Shown here piece after piece: positions 1 to 9,395 of a stretch of DNA of 28,253 bases (positions within the stretch are counted from its first letter, which is position 1; each line of letters begins with the position of its first letter). Position numbers and translations under genes: made by a program. This stretch comes from Thermoanaerobaculia bacterium (lineage in GTDB: Bacteria > Acidobacteriota > Thermoanaerobaculia > Multivoradales > UBA5704): the NCBI GenBank assembly GCA_044226625.1, contig JBGAGQ010000076.1, forward strand, positions 1 through 28,253, read 5' to 3'. A model generated the notes under the pieces. The model did no database searches and was not told where the DNA came from. It saw nothing but the letters and a program-made list of their open reading frames with translations.

Positions 1-1529
1 ACCTTGGGATCGCGGCGGGAAAATACCAGCGGCAGCGTCCATTCGACGCGGTACCGGTCGGGATGGGCGAGGGTCGGCGAGATCGAGCGGGTCTGCTCGG
101 TGCGCAGGTCGAGACGGTCGACGCGGCCGCCGTAGAGCACGTTGGGATCGAGCGGATCGGGCGCCACGTTGTCGCTCTCGCCCCCCGCGGTGATCTCGCG
201 GAAATGCGTGAGGTTGATGCCGTCGATCGAGCCGGTGCGACTCGGCACGCCAGCGGCACCGGAGTCCTGCTGCGAGCCGTAGACCCAGTAGGGAAACCGG
301 TTGTCCGTGACCACATGGTAGAACTGCCCCGTCGGCTGGTTGTACCAGGAGCTCCAGGTCGCGCCGCCGTTTTGCGAGACGATGGCTCCCTGGTCGGTGC
401 CGAGGATACGCCGAGCGGGGTTCCGCGGATCGATCCACAGCTCGTGGTAGTCGTCGCCGCCGGGCGCGCCTTGGATCGGCACGAACGTCTTGCCGGCGTC
501 GCCGGAGCGGTAGAGGTTCGTGTTGCAGGCGTAGAGCACGTCGGGGTTCGTGGGATCGGCCGTCACGCCGCCGAAATACCAGCCGCGCCCCCAGATCCGC
601 CGGTCGTCGCTGCCGAGCGTCCAGGTCGCCCCGCCGTCGTCCGAGCGATAGAGGCCGCCCGCCTCCGGATCGTCGACCATCGCGTAGACCCGGTTGGGCC
701 GGGACGGCGCGACGGAGAGGCCGATGCGCCCCGGCTTCGCGGGAAAGCCGTGGCCGGCGATCCGTGACCAGTGGTCGCCGCCGTCGGTCGACTTGTAGAG
801 CCCGCTCCCTGGGCCGTTCGACGGGGGATAAACGCTCCAGGGGGGACGCCGGGTCTGCCAGAGGGCAGCGTAGATCACCCGCGGGTTGCCGGGCTCGAAG
901 GCGAGGTCGATCGCACCCAAGTCGACCGCCGCGGCGCCGGCGCCACCGAGCACCTTGCGCCAGGTGGCGCCGCCGTCGTTCGATCGGTAGACGCCGCGCT
1001 CCGCGTTCGGTCCGTACGGATGGCCGAGGGCCGCGACGTAGACGAGCTCGGGATTCTCGGGGTGGATCAGGATCCGACCGATCTGCTGCGAGTCGGCGAG
1101 GCCGATGTGCGTCCAGCTCGCTCCGCCGTCGATCGACTTGTACATCCCATCGCCCTGCGCGATGTCGGAGCGCATGTCCGCCTCGCCCGACCCCACGTAG
1201 AGCACGCGGGGGGTCGACGGGGCCACGGCAAGCGCGCCGATCGAGCCGATCGGCTGACCATCGAAGATCGGCTTCCAGGTGCGGCCGGAATCGCGGGTCT
1301 CCCAGACGCCGCCGTTGACGCTGCCGAAATAGAAATGCTCGCTCTCCCCGGGACCCGGAACGCCCGCGACCGCGAGCACCCGGCCGCCGCGGAACGGGCC
1401 GATCAACCGCCAGCGGAGGTCCTGGAAGAGCGAAGGATCGACCGGCTCGGCGGACGCGAGGGCGGTCGATCCGGCGAGCAGGAGGAGTGCCGCAATCCTC
1501 CGGATTCCGCGCCGCGCGCCCGCGACCAC
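1..1529 (-). CDS. Secreted VPS10/sortilin-like BNR (Asp-box) repeat protein, glycosyl hydrolase-like; 3' end runs off the window
   Basis: Absent from the ORF track because no stop lies in the window. Manual minus-strand translation from GTG 1529 (GGAG upstream) gives a signal peptide, then DLRWRLIGPFRGGRVLAVAGVPG and repeated S/T-x-D-x-G-x-T/S-W boxes. The same frame holds at the left edge (...PLVFSRRDPK). Confidence 0.88.
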   Translation of the reverse strand, partial: MVAGARRGIRRIAALLLLAGSTALASAEPVDPSLFQDLRWRLIGPFRGGRVLAVAGVPGPGESEHFYFGSVNGGVWETRDSGRTWKPIFDGQPIGSIGALAVAPSTPRVLYVGSGEADMRSDIAQGDGMYKSIDGGASWTHIGLADSQQIGRILIHPENPELVYVAALGHPYGPNAERGVYRSNDGGATWRKVLGGAGAAAVDLGAIDLAFEPGNPRVIYAALWQTRRPPWSVYPPSNGPGSGLYKSTDGGDHWSRIAGHGFPAKPGRIGLSVAPSRPNRVYAMVDDPEAGGLYRSDDGGATWTLGSDDRRIWGRGWYFGGVTADPTNPDVLYACNTNLYRSGDAGKTFVPIQGAPGGDDYHELWIDPRNPARRILGTDQGAIVSQNGGATWSSWYNQPTGQFYHVVTDNRFPYWVYGSQQDSGAAGVPSRTGSIDGINLTHFREITAGGESDNVAPDPLDPNVLYGGRVDRLDLRTEQTRSISPTLAHPDRYRVEWTLPLVFSRRDPK

Positions 1530-1531
1530 CG

Positions 1532-2890
1532 CTAGTCTCCCAACTCCATCGCGCGGACGAACGCCGGCTCGCCTTCGGCGAGGTCGAGGCGCGCCTCGTC
1601 GGGCGTGCCGAAGACCTTCGCGCGGTGGTCGTCGAATTCCCCTTCCCACCGGGCGACGACGCAGGTGGCGAGGCAGTTGCCGATGACGTTGACGCAGGTG
1701 CGGCCCATGTCCATCAGCTCGTCGACGCCGAAGATCACCGCGACCCCGAGCGGTCCGAGCCCTTCGGGCAGGAAACTGCTCGCGGTCGCGAGCAGGATCA
1801 CGAGCGAGGCGCGCGGGACGCCCGCGATGCCTTTCGAGGTGATCATCAGCGTCAACATCATGACGATCTGGGTCGAGAAGTCCATGTGGTGGCCGGTGGT
1901 CGCCTCGGCCGCCTGCGCGATGAAGACCGAGGCCATCGCGAGGTAGAGCGTGGTGCCGTCGAGGTTGAAGCTGTAGCCGGTCGGCATCACGAAGCCGACG
2001 ACGCGCGGCGGCACGCCCAGGCGCTCCATGACCTCCATCGCCTTGGGGAGCGCCGATTCGCTGCTCGTGGTGGCGAAGGCGATCGTGGCGGGCTCGCGCA
2101 CCGCCTTGAGAAACTGGCGGATCGGAATGCGGAACAGCAGCGCGACGGCGCCCAGGATGAAGACGACGAACACGATCAGCGCGATGTAGAGCGAGCCGAT
2201 CAGCTTGCCGAGGTTGAGCAGCACCCCCAATCCTTGGGTCGCGATCGTATGGGCCATCGCCGCGCCGACGCCGATCGGCGCGAACATCATGACGTAGCTC
2301 GTGAATCGGAACATGATCTGCGACAGGCTGTCCATCGCGCGGAGGATCGGCTTGCCCTTCTCGCCGATCGCCGACAGCGCCATCGCGAAAAGGACCGAGA
2401 AGGCGACGATCTGGAGGATGTCGTTCCGCACCATCGCGTCGACGATGCTCGACGGGAAGATATGTACGATCGTTTCGATCAGCGTCTTCGGATGGCTTTC
2501 GCCGATCTTCGCGACCGTCTCGTTGCCGGTCGCGACGAGCGCCACGCCGACGCCCGGCTTCGTGAGGTTCACCACCGCGAGGCCGATGAACAGCGCGATG
2601 GTGGTGACGATCTCGAAATAGAGCAGCGCCTTCGCGCCCATGCGGCCGATCTTCTTCAAGTCGCCGCCGCCGGCGATGCCGACCACCAGGGTCGAGAAGA
2701 CCAAGGGCGCGATGATCGACTTGATCAGGTTCAGGAAGATGTCGCGCAGGAAGTAGACGGCGTTGCCCCATTCCGGCCGGATCCACCCGAGGAAACCGCC
2801 CGCCACCAGACCGATCAGGATCCACGTGGTGAGCGAGAAGCGGTACCAGGGCTTCTTCTGCGTCGGGGGGGAGCTCGTTTCGTCGGCCAT
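1532..2890 (-). CDS. Dicarboxylate/amino acid:cation symporter (DAACS, GltP/DctA family)
   Basis: Multi-TM protein with the family motifs AFATTSSESALP, PTGYSFNLDGT, TSKGIAGVPRAS and MDMGRTCVNVIGN. Confidence 0.95.
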   Translation of the reverse strand: MADETSSPPTQKKPWYRFSLTTWILIGLVAGGFLGWIRPEWGNAVYFLRDIFLNLIKSIIAPLVFSTLVVGIAGGGDLKKIGRMGAKALLYFEIVTTIALFIGLAVVNLTKPGVGVALVATGNETVAKIGESHPKTLIETIVHIFPSSIVDAMVRNDILQIVAFSVLFAMALSAIGEKGKPILRAMDSLSQIMFRFTSYVMMFAPIGVGAAMAHTIATQGLGVLLNLGKLIGSLYIALIVFVVFILGAVALLFRIPIRQFLKAVREPATIAFATTSSESALPKAMEVMERLGVPPRVVGFVMPTGYSFNLDGTTLYLAMASVFIAQAAEATTGHHMDFSTQIVMMLTLMITSKGIAGVPRASLVILLATASSFLPEGLGPLGVAVIFGVDELMDMGRTCVNVIGNCLATCVVARWEGEFDDHRAKVFGTPDEARLDLAEGEPAFVRAMELGD

Positions 2891-3070
2891 TGGCTTCTCC
2901 GGCTACGGCGATCGTCGGTGGCCGCGTGCGGCGGCCGTGTCTCGGTCCCACGGGTTTTGGCGCGCGATCGTATCAGCCGGAGAGGGGGAGAATGAGAGAA
3001 GGGCGGTGGCCCCGAGCGCGCGGGACGGCGCGTCGGTTCGGGGAGCTCGAACGGCGAGGGTCGGCGGCGG

Positions 3071-3589
3071 CTACGGGAGGGGCATGCGCCGGTAGGGGAA
3101 ACCGTCGAGGTAGGCGCAATCGAACGTGGTCACGGGAACCGAGCTCGCGGCAAACGGATCGGTCCCGGGCGCGAAGATCTTCCCGGAGCAGCTCGCCGCG
3201 AAGCTCTTCAGGTTCGGCGCGAACAGGAGCACGTAGTCGACGACCGCCATACCGGAGTACGTGGCGGCCGGGGTGGTGACGTCGAAATTGAGGTTGAGGA
3301 ATCGGGCTGTGACGCGCCGCGGACCGTCCTTCTTCCAGGATCCCAGGCTATCGCTGAATGTGAAGCCTCCCGCTCCGGCGGTGACCTGATCGGACAGGGT
3401 GATCTCCGCCGTGCCGTCGGCGTGCAGGTTCATGATCTCGGCCCGGTCCGGTAGGTTCGGGGAGTATGTGCCTGCGATTTCGTTGCCTGAATCAGCGATC
3501 ACCGCGGACGGGGCGAGCGCGGCGACGCCGAAGGTGCCGACGATGATCCAGAAGGGGAGCGAGGCTACGGCGAGGGAGCGGTGGGGCAT
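3071..3589 (-). CDS. Secreted hypothetical protein, probably beta-rich
   Basis: 172 aa with a hydrophobic N-terminal signal, natural composition, one Cys pair and a purine-rich RBS (GAGAAAGGA) upstream. Confidence 0.75.
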   Translation of the reverse strand: MPHRSLAVASLPFWIIVGTFGVAALAPSAVIADSGNEIAGTYSPNLPDRAEIMNLHADGTAEITLSDQVTAGAGGFTFSDSLGSWKKDGPRRVTARFLNLNFDVTTPAATYSGMAVVDYVLLFAPNLKSFAASCSGKIFAPGTDPFAASSVPVTTFDCAYLDGFPYRRMPLP

Positions 3590-3654
3590 CGCTTAGGGTC
3601 CTTTCTCACGCAGAGAGGTTGAACCTTTACGATACCTCGCGACCCCTGGCCCCG

Positions 3655-3688
3655 CGCCGGCTCCCCGTGAGAACCCGGGGAGCCGGCG
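3655..3688. repeat. 13-bp perfect inverted repeat (hairpin) downstream of the 3727 stop codon
   Basis: CGCCGGCTCCCCG-N8-CGGGGAGCCGGCG. There is no U-tract, so a terminator role is uncertain. Confidence 0.5.
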
Positions 3689-3726
3689 GAGCGACCTTGC
3701 GATGGGATGGCCGGCAGTGGAGGTTG

Positions 3727-4812
3727 TTACGGCAAGAAGCCCTGGCGGTCGACGAGGCCGTTCAGGACGTCGCTGTTCTGGGGCACCGCGGCAAGGTCGT
3801 AGTAGTTGATCGGCCCACCCGCGGTCTTCTGGATCCAGACCTCGACGCGCGACGTGGTGAACCGGATGACCTGGGGCCAGAGGAAGCCGTTCGGGCGCGG
3901 TCCGATGATGCGGACGAAGGCCTCCGTGCGCGTCGAGATCGCGCCCGCGAGGCAGAGCGTCTCGGGCACACAGTCGTTCACCTTGGTCGCGATCCGCGTG
4001 TTGTCGATCCTCGACTTGAACTGGAAGCCCGGCAGCGCGGTCGTCGTTAGCCACGCGCCGGCAGGGGGCTCCGGATCGGGCGCCGAATCCGGCGTGAACT
4101 CGGCACGGATCATCAATGCCCGAACCGCCTCGAAGTCGTCGGTGAGCGGAGTCCAGGTGGCCGCGCCGTCGACCGATCGGAAATCCTGCGCGAGGGTGGT
4201 GCCGGCGCTTTCGTCGGCGCAGATGAAGAGATCTTCGTTCGCGACGCCGTTCCATTGGACGCCGACGTACGGACCGCCGGCGGTCACGTGGAGCCCGAGG
4301 GCGGTGCAATCCTGTCCGACGAACTTGCTGGTGAACTCGGTACCGATCTCGACCGTGCCTGGCACGGTGCCGAGGAAGCTCCCCGGAAATCCGCCCGGGC
4401 CGTCGTCGTCATAGACGATGAAGTTGAACGACATCGTCGAGGGATCCGAACCGGTGAGCCAGCAGACGCAGACCCGCGACAAGGTCGACGGGTAGGAGGT
4501 CGGCGTAAGGCGTTGCACCAGGCGGACGTCCGGCGCGCCGACTCGGTAGCCCTCTTCGACCGTGCCGTCGTCCGCGGCCACGCCGCCGATGCAGGCGGGG
4601 CCCGATTGCGGCAAATACGGGGTGGATCGGTGGGTGTCGGTAAAGAGGAACGACGCGGGATCCTGCGCGGCGAAGAGTGCGGGCGAACAGAAGATCGCGA
4701 CGGCAGCGATCAGGGAGCTCCGCCACCGACGGTTCGGAGCGGGCGCGGTCGGGACGGCGGTCATCGAGGTCGGGTCGGAACCGGGAGCCATTCCGTTGGA
4801 GTGCGGGGTCAT
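3727..4812 (-). CDS. Secreted hypothetical protein with a Pro-rich linker and a distinct ~110-aa C-terminal domain
   Basis: ATG 4812 follows AGGAGG and is preferred over the track start at 4839. Signal-like segment RRWRSSLIAAVAIFCSPALFA; PDSAPDPEPP linker. Confidence 0.82.
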   Translation of the reverse strand: MTPHSNGMAPGSDPTSMTAVPTAPAPNRRWRSSLIAAVAIFCSPALFAAQDPASFLFTDTHRSTPYLPQSGPACIGGVAADDGTVEEGYRVGAPDVRLVQRLTPTSYPSTLSRVCVCWLTGSDPSTMSFNFIVYDDDGPGGFPGSFLGTVPGTVEIGTEFTSKFVGQDCTALGLHVTAGGPYVGVQWNGVANEDLFICADESAGTTLAQDFRSVDGAATWTPLTDDFEAVRALMIRAEFTPDSAPDPEPPAGAWLTTTALPGFQFKSRIDNTRIATKVNDCVPETLCLAGAISTRTEAFVRIIGPRPNGFLWPQVIRFTTSRVEVWIQKTAGGPINYYDLAAVPQNSDVLNGLVDRQGFLP

Positions 4813-4842
4813 GGAGTTCCTCCTATGAACCCGCCCCAAGGG

Positions 4843-4857
4843 GCAAGAGCGGTGCCA
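4843..4857 (-). promoter_or_regulatory. Sigma54 (RpoN) -24/-12 promoter
   Basis: The minus strand reads TGGCAC-CGCTC-TTGC, matching TGGCAC-N5-TTGC, 30 nt upstream of ATG 4812. Confidence 0.7.
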
Positions 4858-4930
4858 TGGCTTCGCCCAGCAGAGAACGAGAGACGGGAGGAACCGGTTG
4901 CCGGTATGCGCGGAGCGCTTGCAGGAACTG

Positions 4931-4964
4931 CCGCTCGCGGGAGGCCCGGGAGCCGGGCCTCCCC
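4931..4964 (-). repeat. Palindromic REP-like/terminator-like element, copy 1
   Basis: 11-bp stem GGGAGGCCCGG/CCGGGCCTCCC followed by GCGAGC, just after the 4980 stop. Similar to 24733-24766. Confidence 0.55.
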
Positions 4965-4979
4965 AAGATTTCGGGTGCT

Positions 4980-6929
4980 TCAGTCGAGCTCGAGGCGCTC
5001 GAGCCCCGCGCCCTCGGTGGCGGCCCAGAGGACGTCACGCCGGGCGTCGAGGGCGAAGATGCCGCGGAACCGGTCGCTGAGGCCGTCTCCCTGCGGTACC
5101 CATCCCGCGGTCGTCGCGTCCCACCGGAAGATGCCCCGACCGCTCACTCCGGCAAAGACCCCGTCCGGGCGTTCCGGGTCGGCGACCAGACGCACGACGT
5201 CCGAATCGAACGGCGAGCCGAGCGGCGTGAAGGTCTGGCCGCCGTCGAGGCTCTGCGACACCGCGCCGTCGGGGGTCGCCACCCACAGGGCACCCGGACG
5301 TTTCGGGTCGAGCGCGAGCGCGGTCGGATGACGGATGCCGCCGACGCTTCGCCAGGTGGTTCCGGCATCGAGGCTCTTCTTGAGGTCGGCGGCCGTCGTC
5401 GCGTAGAGGGTGTTGCCGAGGAACGGATCGACCGCGAGGGCGGTCGCCTCGAGCGGGCGCTGGCGATCGCGCCAGGTCCGGCCGCCGTCGGTCGACAGCG
5501 AAAACCTCACCGTACGATCGGGATCGAACCGGGAGCTCGATCCGAATGAGCGGTAGAGCTTCTTCGGATTGCGCGGGTCGATCGCGAAGGCGGAGTTGAC
5601 GTCTCGCAGGAACGGCGGATATCCGGAGTAGCCGGCGAGCAGGAACCGCCAGGTGGAGCCGCCGTCGCGGCTCACGAACAGCCCCCCTGGCCCGTCGGCG
5701 TACACCCGTTCGCCGTCGATCGGATCGAACGAAAGATAAGAGGGAGGGAACGGAGCGTCGCCGATCGCGCCGCGGCTGGTCCGTTTCCAGCTCTCTCCCG
5801 AGTCGGCGCTGGCGAAGATCTCGAAGGTGAGGGCGGTGACGTGCGGCACCGGGCCGCTCGTCGCGGCGACGTCACGAATCCGATGGGCGGTGATCCCCTG
5901 GGAGGAGGCGCGCCACCCCGCGCCGCCGGAGCCGGATCGCCAGATTCCCCGCTGGGAGCCGGAGAGGATCGCCCCGCCCGAGCCCGGCAACGGCGCGACG
6001 ACCGCGACCGATCCGTCGGGGCCGCCGAGGCGAAAGCCATCCTCGCCCGGCTCGGGCAGCCAGGTCTCCCCAAAATCGGCCGAGCGAAGGACCCCGTACG
6101 GGGTGGCGATCAGCAGGTTGCCCTCGGGAGTCAGAGCGAAGTCGCGGACATAGGTCGAGAGACCGCGGTCGACCGCGACCCAGGTGGCTCCCAGGTCGTC
6201 GGAACGCAGGAGGGAGCTGGAGGTGTACAAAAAGACGCGGCGCTCGTAGCCGGCGCGGAACGCGAACCGCGGGCTTTCGACGATGCCCGGAAAATCGATC
6301 GACTCGCGCCAGGTCGCTCCGCCGTCGAGGCTTCTGAACACCCGACCCACCTCGAGCCGATCTCGTCCGATCGCCAGCAGCACCGAAGGGTTCGTGGGGT
6401 GGACCCCCACCGCCTCGGCAGCGAAATCGCCGAGCGCGAAGAAGGTCCAATGATCGCCCGCGTCGGCGCTGCGGTAGATACCGTGATCGGTCGCGGCCCA
6501 GAGCGCGCGCGGCGTCCGAGGATCGAGGGTGAGGAAGTGGGCGCCGAGCGTAAATCTCGGCCCTATCTCGAGCTCGCTCCAGGTCACGCCGCCGTCGCGG
6601 CTCCGGGCGAAGCTCGACGAGAAGCTTCCGAACTCGGCAAAAAGCAGCTGGGGGTCGAACGGCGACACCTCCAGCCGGTAGGCGGTGAGCGCCGCGGCCT
6701 GCGGGCCCGGGGAGCGCCAGGTGCGCCCGAAGTCGGTGCTCTTGACGATGCCCGCGGACGCCGTACCAGCGAAGACCTGCCCCGGGCGGCTCGGCACCGG
6801 GGCGATCGAGAGGATCTCGCCGCCGAAAAGGGGGACCGGGCGCCAGGTGGCGCTCCAGAGGGACGTGGGGACGAGGCCCCCGAGGAGGAGGACAACGGCG
6901 GCGGCCGTCGCGGATCGAATCGGCTTCAA
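4980..6929 (-). CDS. Secreted BNR/Asp-box beta-propeller protein (YCF48/sortilin-like)
   Basis: Signal peptide and about ten S-x-D-x-G-x-T/S-W boxes (STDFGRTW, SRDGGVTW, SLDGGATW, STDGGRTW). TTG start with GGAGG upstream. Confidence 0.88.
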   Translation of the reverse strand: MKPIRSATAAAVVLLLGGLVPTSLWSATWRPVPLFGGEILSIAPVPSRPGQVFAGTASAGIVKSTDFGRTWRSPGPQAAALTAYRLEVSPFDPQLLFAEFGSFSSSFARSRDGGVTWSELEIGPRFTLGAHFLTLDPRTPRALWAATDHGIYRSADAGDHWTFFALGDFAAEAVGVHPTNPSVLLAIGRDRLEVGRVFRSLDGGATWRESIDFPGIVESPRFAFRAGYERRVFLYTSSSLLRSDDLGATWVAVDRGLSTYVRDFALTPEGNLLIATPYGVLRSADFGETWLPEPGEDGFRLGGPDGSVAVVAPLPGSGGAILSGSQRGIWRSGSGGAGWRASSQGITAHRIRDVAATSGPVPHVTALTFEIFASADSGESWKRTSRGAIGDAPFPPSYLSFDPIDGERVYADGPGGLFVSRDGGSTWRFLLAGYSGYPPFLRDVNSAFAIDPRNPKKLYRSFGSSSRFDPDRTVRFSLSTDGGRTWRDRQRPLEATALAVDPFLGNTLYATTAADLKKSLDAGTTWRSVGGIRHPTALALDPKRPGALWVATPDGAVSQSLDGGQTFTPLGSPFDSDVVRLVADPERPDGVFAGVSGRGIFRWDATTAGWVPQGDGLSDRFRGIFALDARRDVLWAATEGAGLERLELD

Positions 6930-7004
6930 AGCGAACCTCCGGCCGGGTCGAGCCCGGCACCGCTCCTCGAGGTGGATCGTATCAGTAGCGTATCAGCAGT
7001 CGCC

Positions 7005-9155
7005 TCAGTACCAGTATTTCGCCTTCTTGGCCCATTCACTCTTCGGATAGCTCTTCTTGAGGAGGTCGAAGGCCGCCTTGGAGAGGTTCGGTTTGTCGGC
7101 GCGGCAGCTCGCCACCCGCGCCCGCTGCGACGCGAGATAGAGCGCTTCGGGAACGTTCGCGTCGGCCGGCCGCTCACGCGCCCAGGCGAGGACCTTGCCG
7201 GCGACGATGTCGTACCCGTCGCCGAGGTCCTGCAGGGTTTGGATCTCGCGGTCGGCGGTGGCCGACTCCGCGGCGGAGAGGAAGCCGGGGCGCTCGGGTA
7301 GCGCGGGCAGGTGCAGGCTCCGATCCTCTTCAAGGACCTCGGTGGGCCACTGCGCGCACCAGAAGTTACGCCGGTAGTCGTCGACCTCCGCGACGGTGCC
7401 CCAGCGCGGAAAGCCCCCTTCGACCAAGGGCGCGAGCCCCGGGTTGCGGATCAGCGCCCAGGCCGCGGCGGCCGGGCGGTCGGCGGCGGAGGCGGCGGCC
7501 CACGCCGCGATCTCGGGAACCTCTTCTCCGAGAGCCTGGGCCGCACGCTCGGCGGCAGCCGTGTCGCCGAGCAGCACGGCGCGTGTCCAGGCCGCCTCGC
7601 CCAGCCGCGCGCGAAGGTCCACGTTCGTCACCTTGGCCGCGGCGGCTTCGAACGCCGAAAGCGGCAGGCGCCTGTTCCACCAGAACGCCGCCTCTCCCGT
7701 GAGATATCGCTCCTCGCGGGTGGCTTCGTCGTCGTCCGGCCCTCCGCTCAGCCGCATCTGGACGCCGTCACGGGCGAGGTCGTCGAGGCTGCCGGCGATT
7801 CGGAGGCGGAGGCTCTTCGCCCGATTCTCCGAGCCTCGCGAAAGATCGCCTGCGAGAAGGCGGTCGAGATCCTTCCTCGCCCCGGCGCGGTCGCCGGCCG
7901 CGATCAGCAATCGGGCTCGCTCGAACGTTGCGGTCGCCTTGGCGGGAGAATCGTCCTTGAGCGCTGCGGCCGCGTCGAGCAGGTCGGCAGGCGCTTTGCC
8001 GTCGTCGGGAGCCAGCGAGAGCGCGGCGACGAGCCACGGCAGCGACTTCTCCTTACGCCAGCGCTCGAGCGCCCGCGTCGCGCCTTTGCCCTCCGGCGCG
8101 CTCCAGGTTTCGATCCACTCGGTGAGAGGATCCGCCGACTCGCCGGGCTGCGCGTGGCGAAGGAGGTACGCGTAGTCCGCGATCTGTTGCCCGACCGCTT
8201 CGGAGGAGAGCTCCCGCGCCGAGAGATCTTTGGCCAGCTCCGCCGTGCGCTCGGCGGGTCGAGCGCGGATCGCGATCCATTCGCGGAGGCGCCGGGCCGG
8301 CTCGCGCACGCCGCCGCGAGTCGAATCGGCGATCAAAGCCGAGAGCTCGGCGTCGGCCCGGCTCAACTTCTCTCGGTCTGCCGGCCCCGGGACCAGGGTG
8401 GCCTGCCGCACCAAGGCGCGGGTCGCGAGGTAAGGCGAGATGCCGCTCCAGGGCGAGTCTTTCTCTTTGGCGATCGCGAGGAATCGGGTTCGGGCGTCGT
8501 CATATCGGCCGGCGTAGAAGCTCGCCGCCGCGATTTGGTAGCGCCGGTCGGCCGCGAGCTTCTCGGGCAGGCGCGGCTCCGGCTCTCGAACGGGCGGCGG
8601 GGCGTCCCCGCCGCAGGCGGCGAACACGGCGTCCTGCGCCTCGATCCAGGCGAGGATCCCCGGATGATCGGGGCGGAAACTCGCGCGTCGGTCGGCGAGC
8701 GTCGCGACGGCGGTCCGGAAGGCGTCGGCCGGGCAGTTCAGGTAGGGGAGCGAATCGGTGTAGGGGTTGCCGTTCTCGTCGACCGTCGGCACGTCGAGAT
8801 AGGCGTCCGGTGAGATGAACGGCTCTTGAGGCGCCGGGACCTCGGACTTCCGGGCTTCACGCCAGGCGACGATCGCCTCGTAGACCGGGTCGGTGCCGCC
8901 GACGAACGTCGGGTCGATCGCGGCGGGGTCGACCTTGGGCATCGCCAATCCCGACAGGCGCCTCCAGGCGACGACCTGCCAACCCGTCCGCAGGTCCGGC
9001 GACAGCACGTCGAGCCGGCCCGCGAGGAATCGCGCCGGGTCCTCCGGCTCGCGTTTGCGCGTGTATTCGGGTGGGGAGAAATCGGGACCGCAGGCGGGAA
9101 GCGGAAGGCCGGCAAGCAGCGCGGCGGCGAGAACGGCGCGAAGCGGGGAATTCAT
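7005..9155 (-). CDS. Large exported alpha-helical (TPR-like) protein, probable partner of the DUF3142 protein
   Basis: Signal peptide then CGP; Ala/Leu/Arg-rich helical repeats (YQIAAASFYAGRYDDARTRF); C-terminus AFDLLKKSYPKSEWAKKAKYWY; RBS CAGGAG. Confidence 0.85.
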   Translation of the reverse strand: MNSPLRAVLAAALLAGLPLPACGPDFSPPEYTRKREPEDPARFLAGRLDVLSPDLRTGWQVVAWRRLSGLAMPKVDPAAIDPTFVGGTDPVYEAIVAWREARKSEVPAPQEPFISPDAYLDVPTVDENGNPYTDSLPYLNCPADAFRTAVATLADRRASFRPDHPGILAWIEAQDAVFAACGGDAPPPVREPEPRLPEKLAADRRYQIAAASFYAGRYDDARTRFLAIAKEKDSPWSGISPYLATRALVRQATLVPGPADREKLSRADAELSALIADSTRGGVREPARRLREWIAIRARPAERTAELAKDLSARELSSEAVGQQIADYAYLLRHAQPGESADPLTEWIETWSAPEGKGATRALERWRKEKSLPWLVAALSLAPDDGKAPADLLDAAAALKDDSPAKATATFERARLLIAAGDRAGARKDLDRLLAGDLSRGSENRAKSLRLRIAGSLDDLARDGVQMRLSGGPDDDEATREERYLTGEAAFWWNRRLPLSAFEAAAAKVTNVDLRARLGEAAWTRAVLLGDTAAAERAAQALGEEVPEIAAWAAASAADRPAAAAWALIRNPGLAPLVEGGFPRWGTVAEVDDYRRNFWCAQWPTEVLEEDRSLHLPALPERPGFLSAAESATADREIQTLQDLGDGYDIVAGKVLAWARERPADANVPEALYLASQRARVASCRADKPNLSKAAFDLLKKSYPKSEWAKKAKYWY

Positions 9156-9220
9156 CGATCGATCTCCTGGTGGCTGACGACGAAAGCATGTCGCGACCTG
9201 GGGTGCGGAGGGAAGAGCCC
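9152..9220 (-). pseudogene. Decayed duplicate of the last 22 codons of the DUF3142 gene
   Basis: GLFPPHPRSRHAFVVSHQEIDR* aligns without gaps to YLFHPRPWSRQALATEVRTIGR* (10200-10268). Its stop overlaps the 9155 start as ATGA. Confidence 0.7.
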
Positions 9221-9316
9221 ACCGGGCCGAAGAGGTGTCGAGCCCCGGGCCGCCCGCGGTCCAAGGTCGGTTTGAGGCCGCTCCCGTCGAGTTCCGGTGG
9301 ACTCACACCCGCCTCA

Positions 9317-9344
9317 TTGATTTCTGTCTTATGTCTTAGACATT
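9317..9344 (+). promoter_or_regulatory. AT-rich putative promoter with an overlapping palindrome
   Basis: TTGATT-N16-GACATT, with the perfect inverted repeat ATGTCT-T-AGACAT at 9331-9343. Confidence 0.4.
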
Positions 9345-9395
9345 GTCAGGTGCAAATGGGAGCACCTTGCCTACGACCTACAAAGGAGCCACTCC

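Noticed and set aside
63-2995. Long plus-strand ORFs (234, 254 and 502 aa)
   Set aside because: They are antisense shadows of the VPS10-like gene and the symporter.
4980-6929. Recurring GCCGCCGTCG-like DNA motifs as a possible CRISPR or tandem array
   Set aside because: They are codons of protein-level Asp-box repeats, irregularly spaced, with no cas genes.
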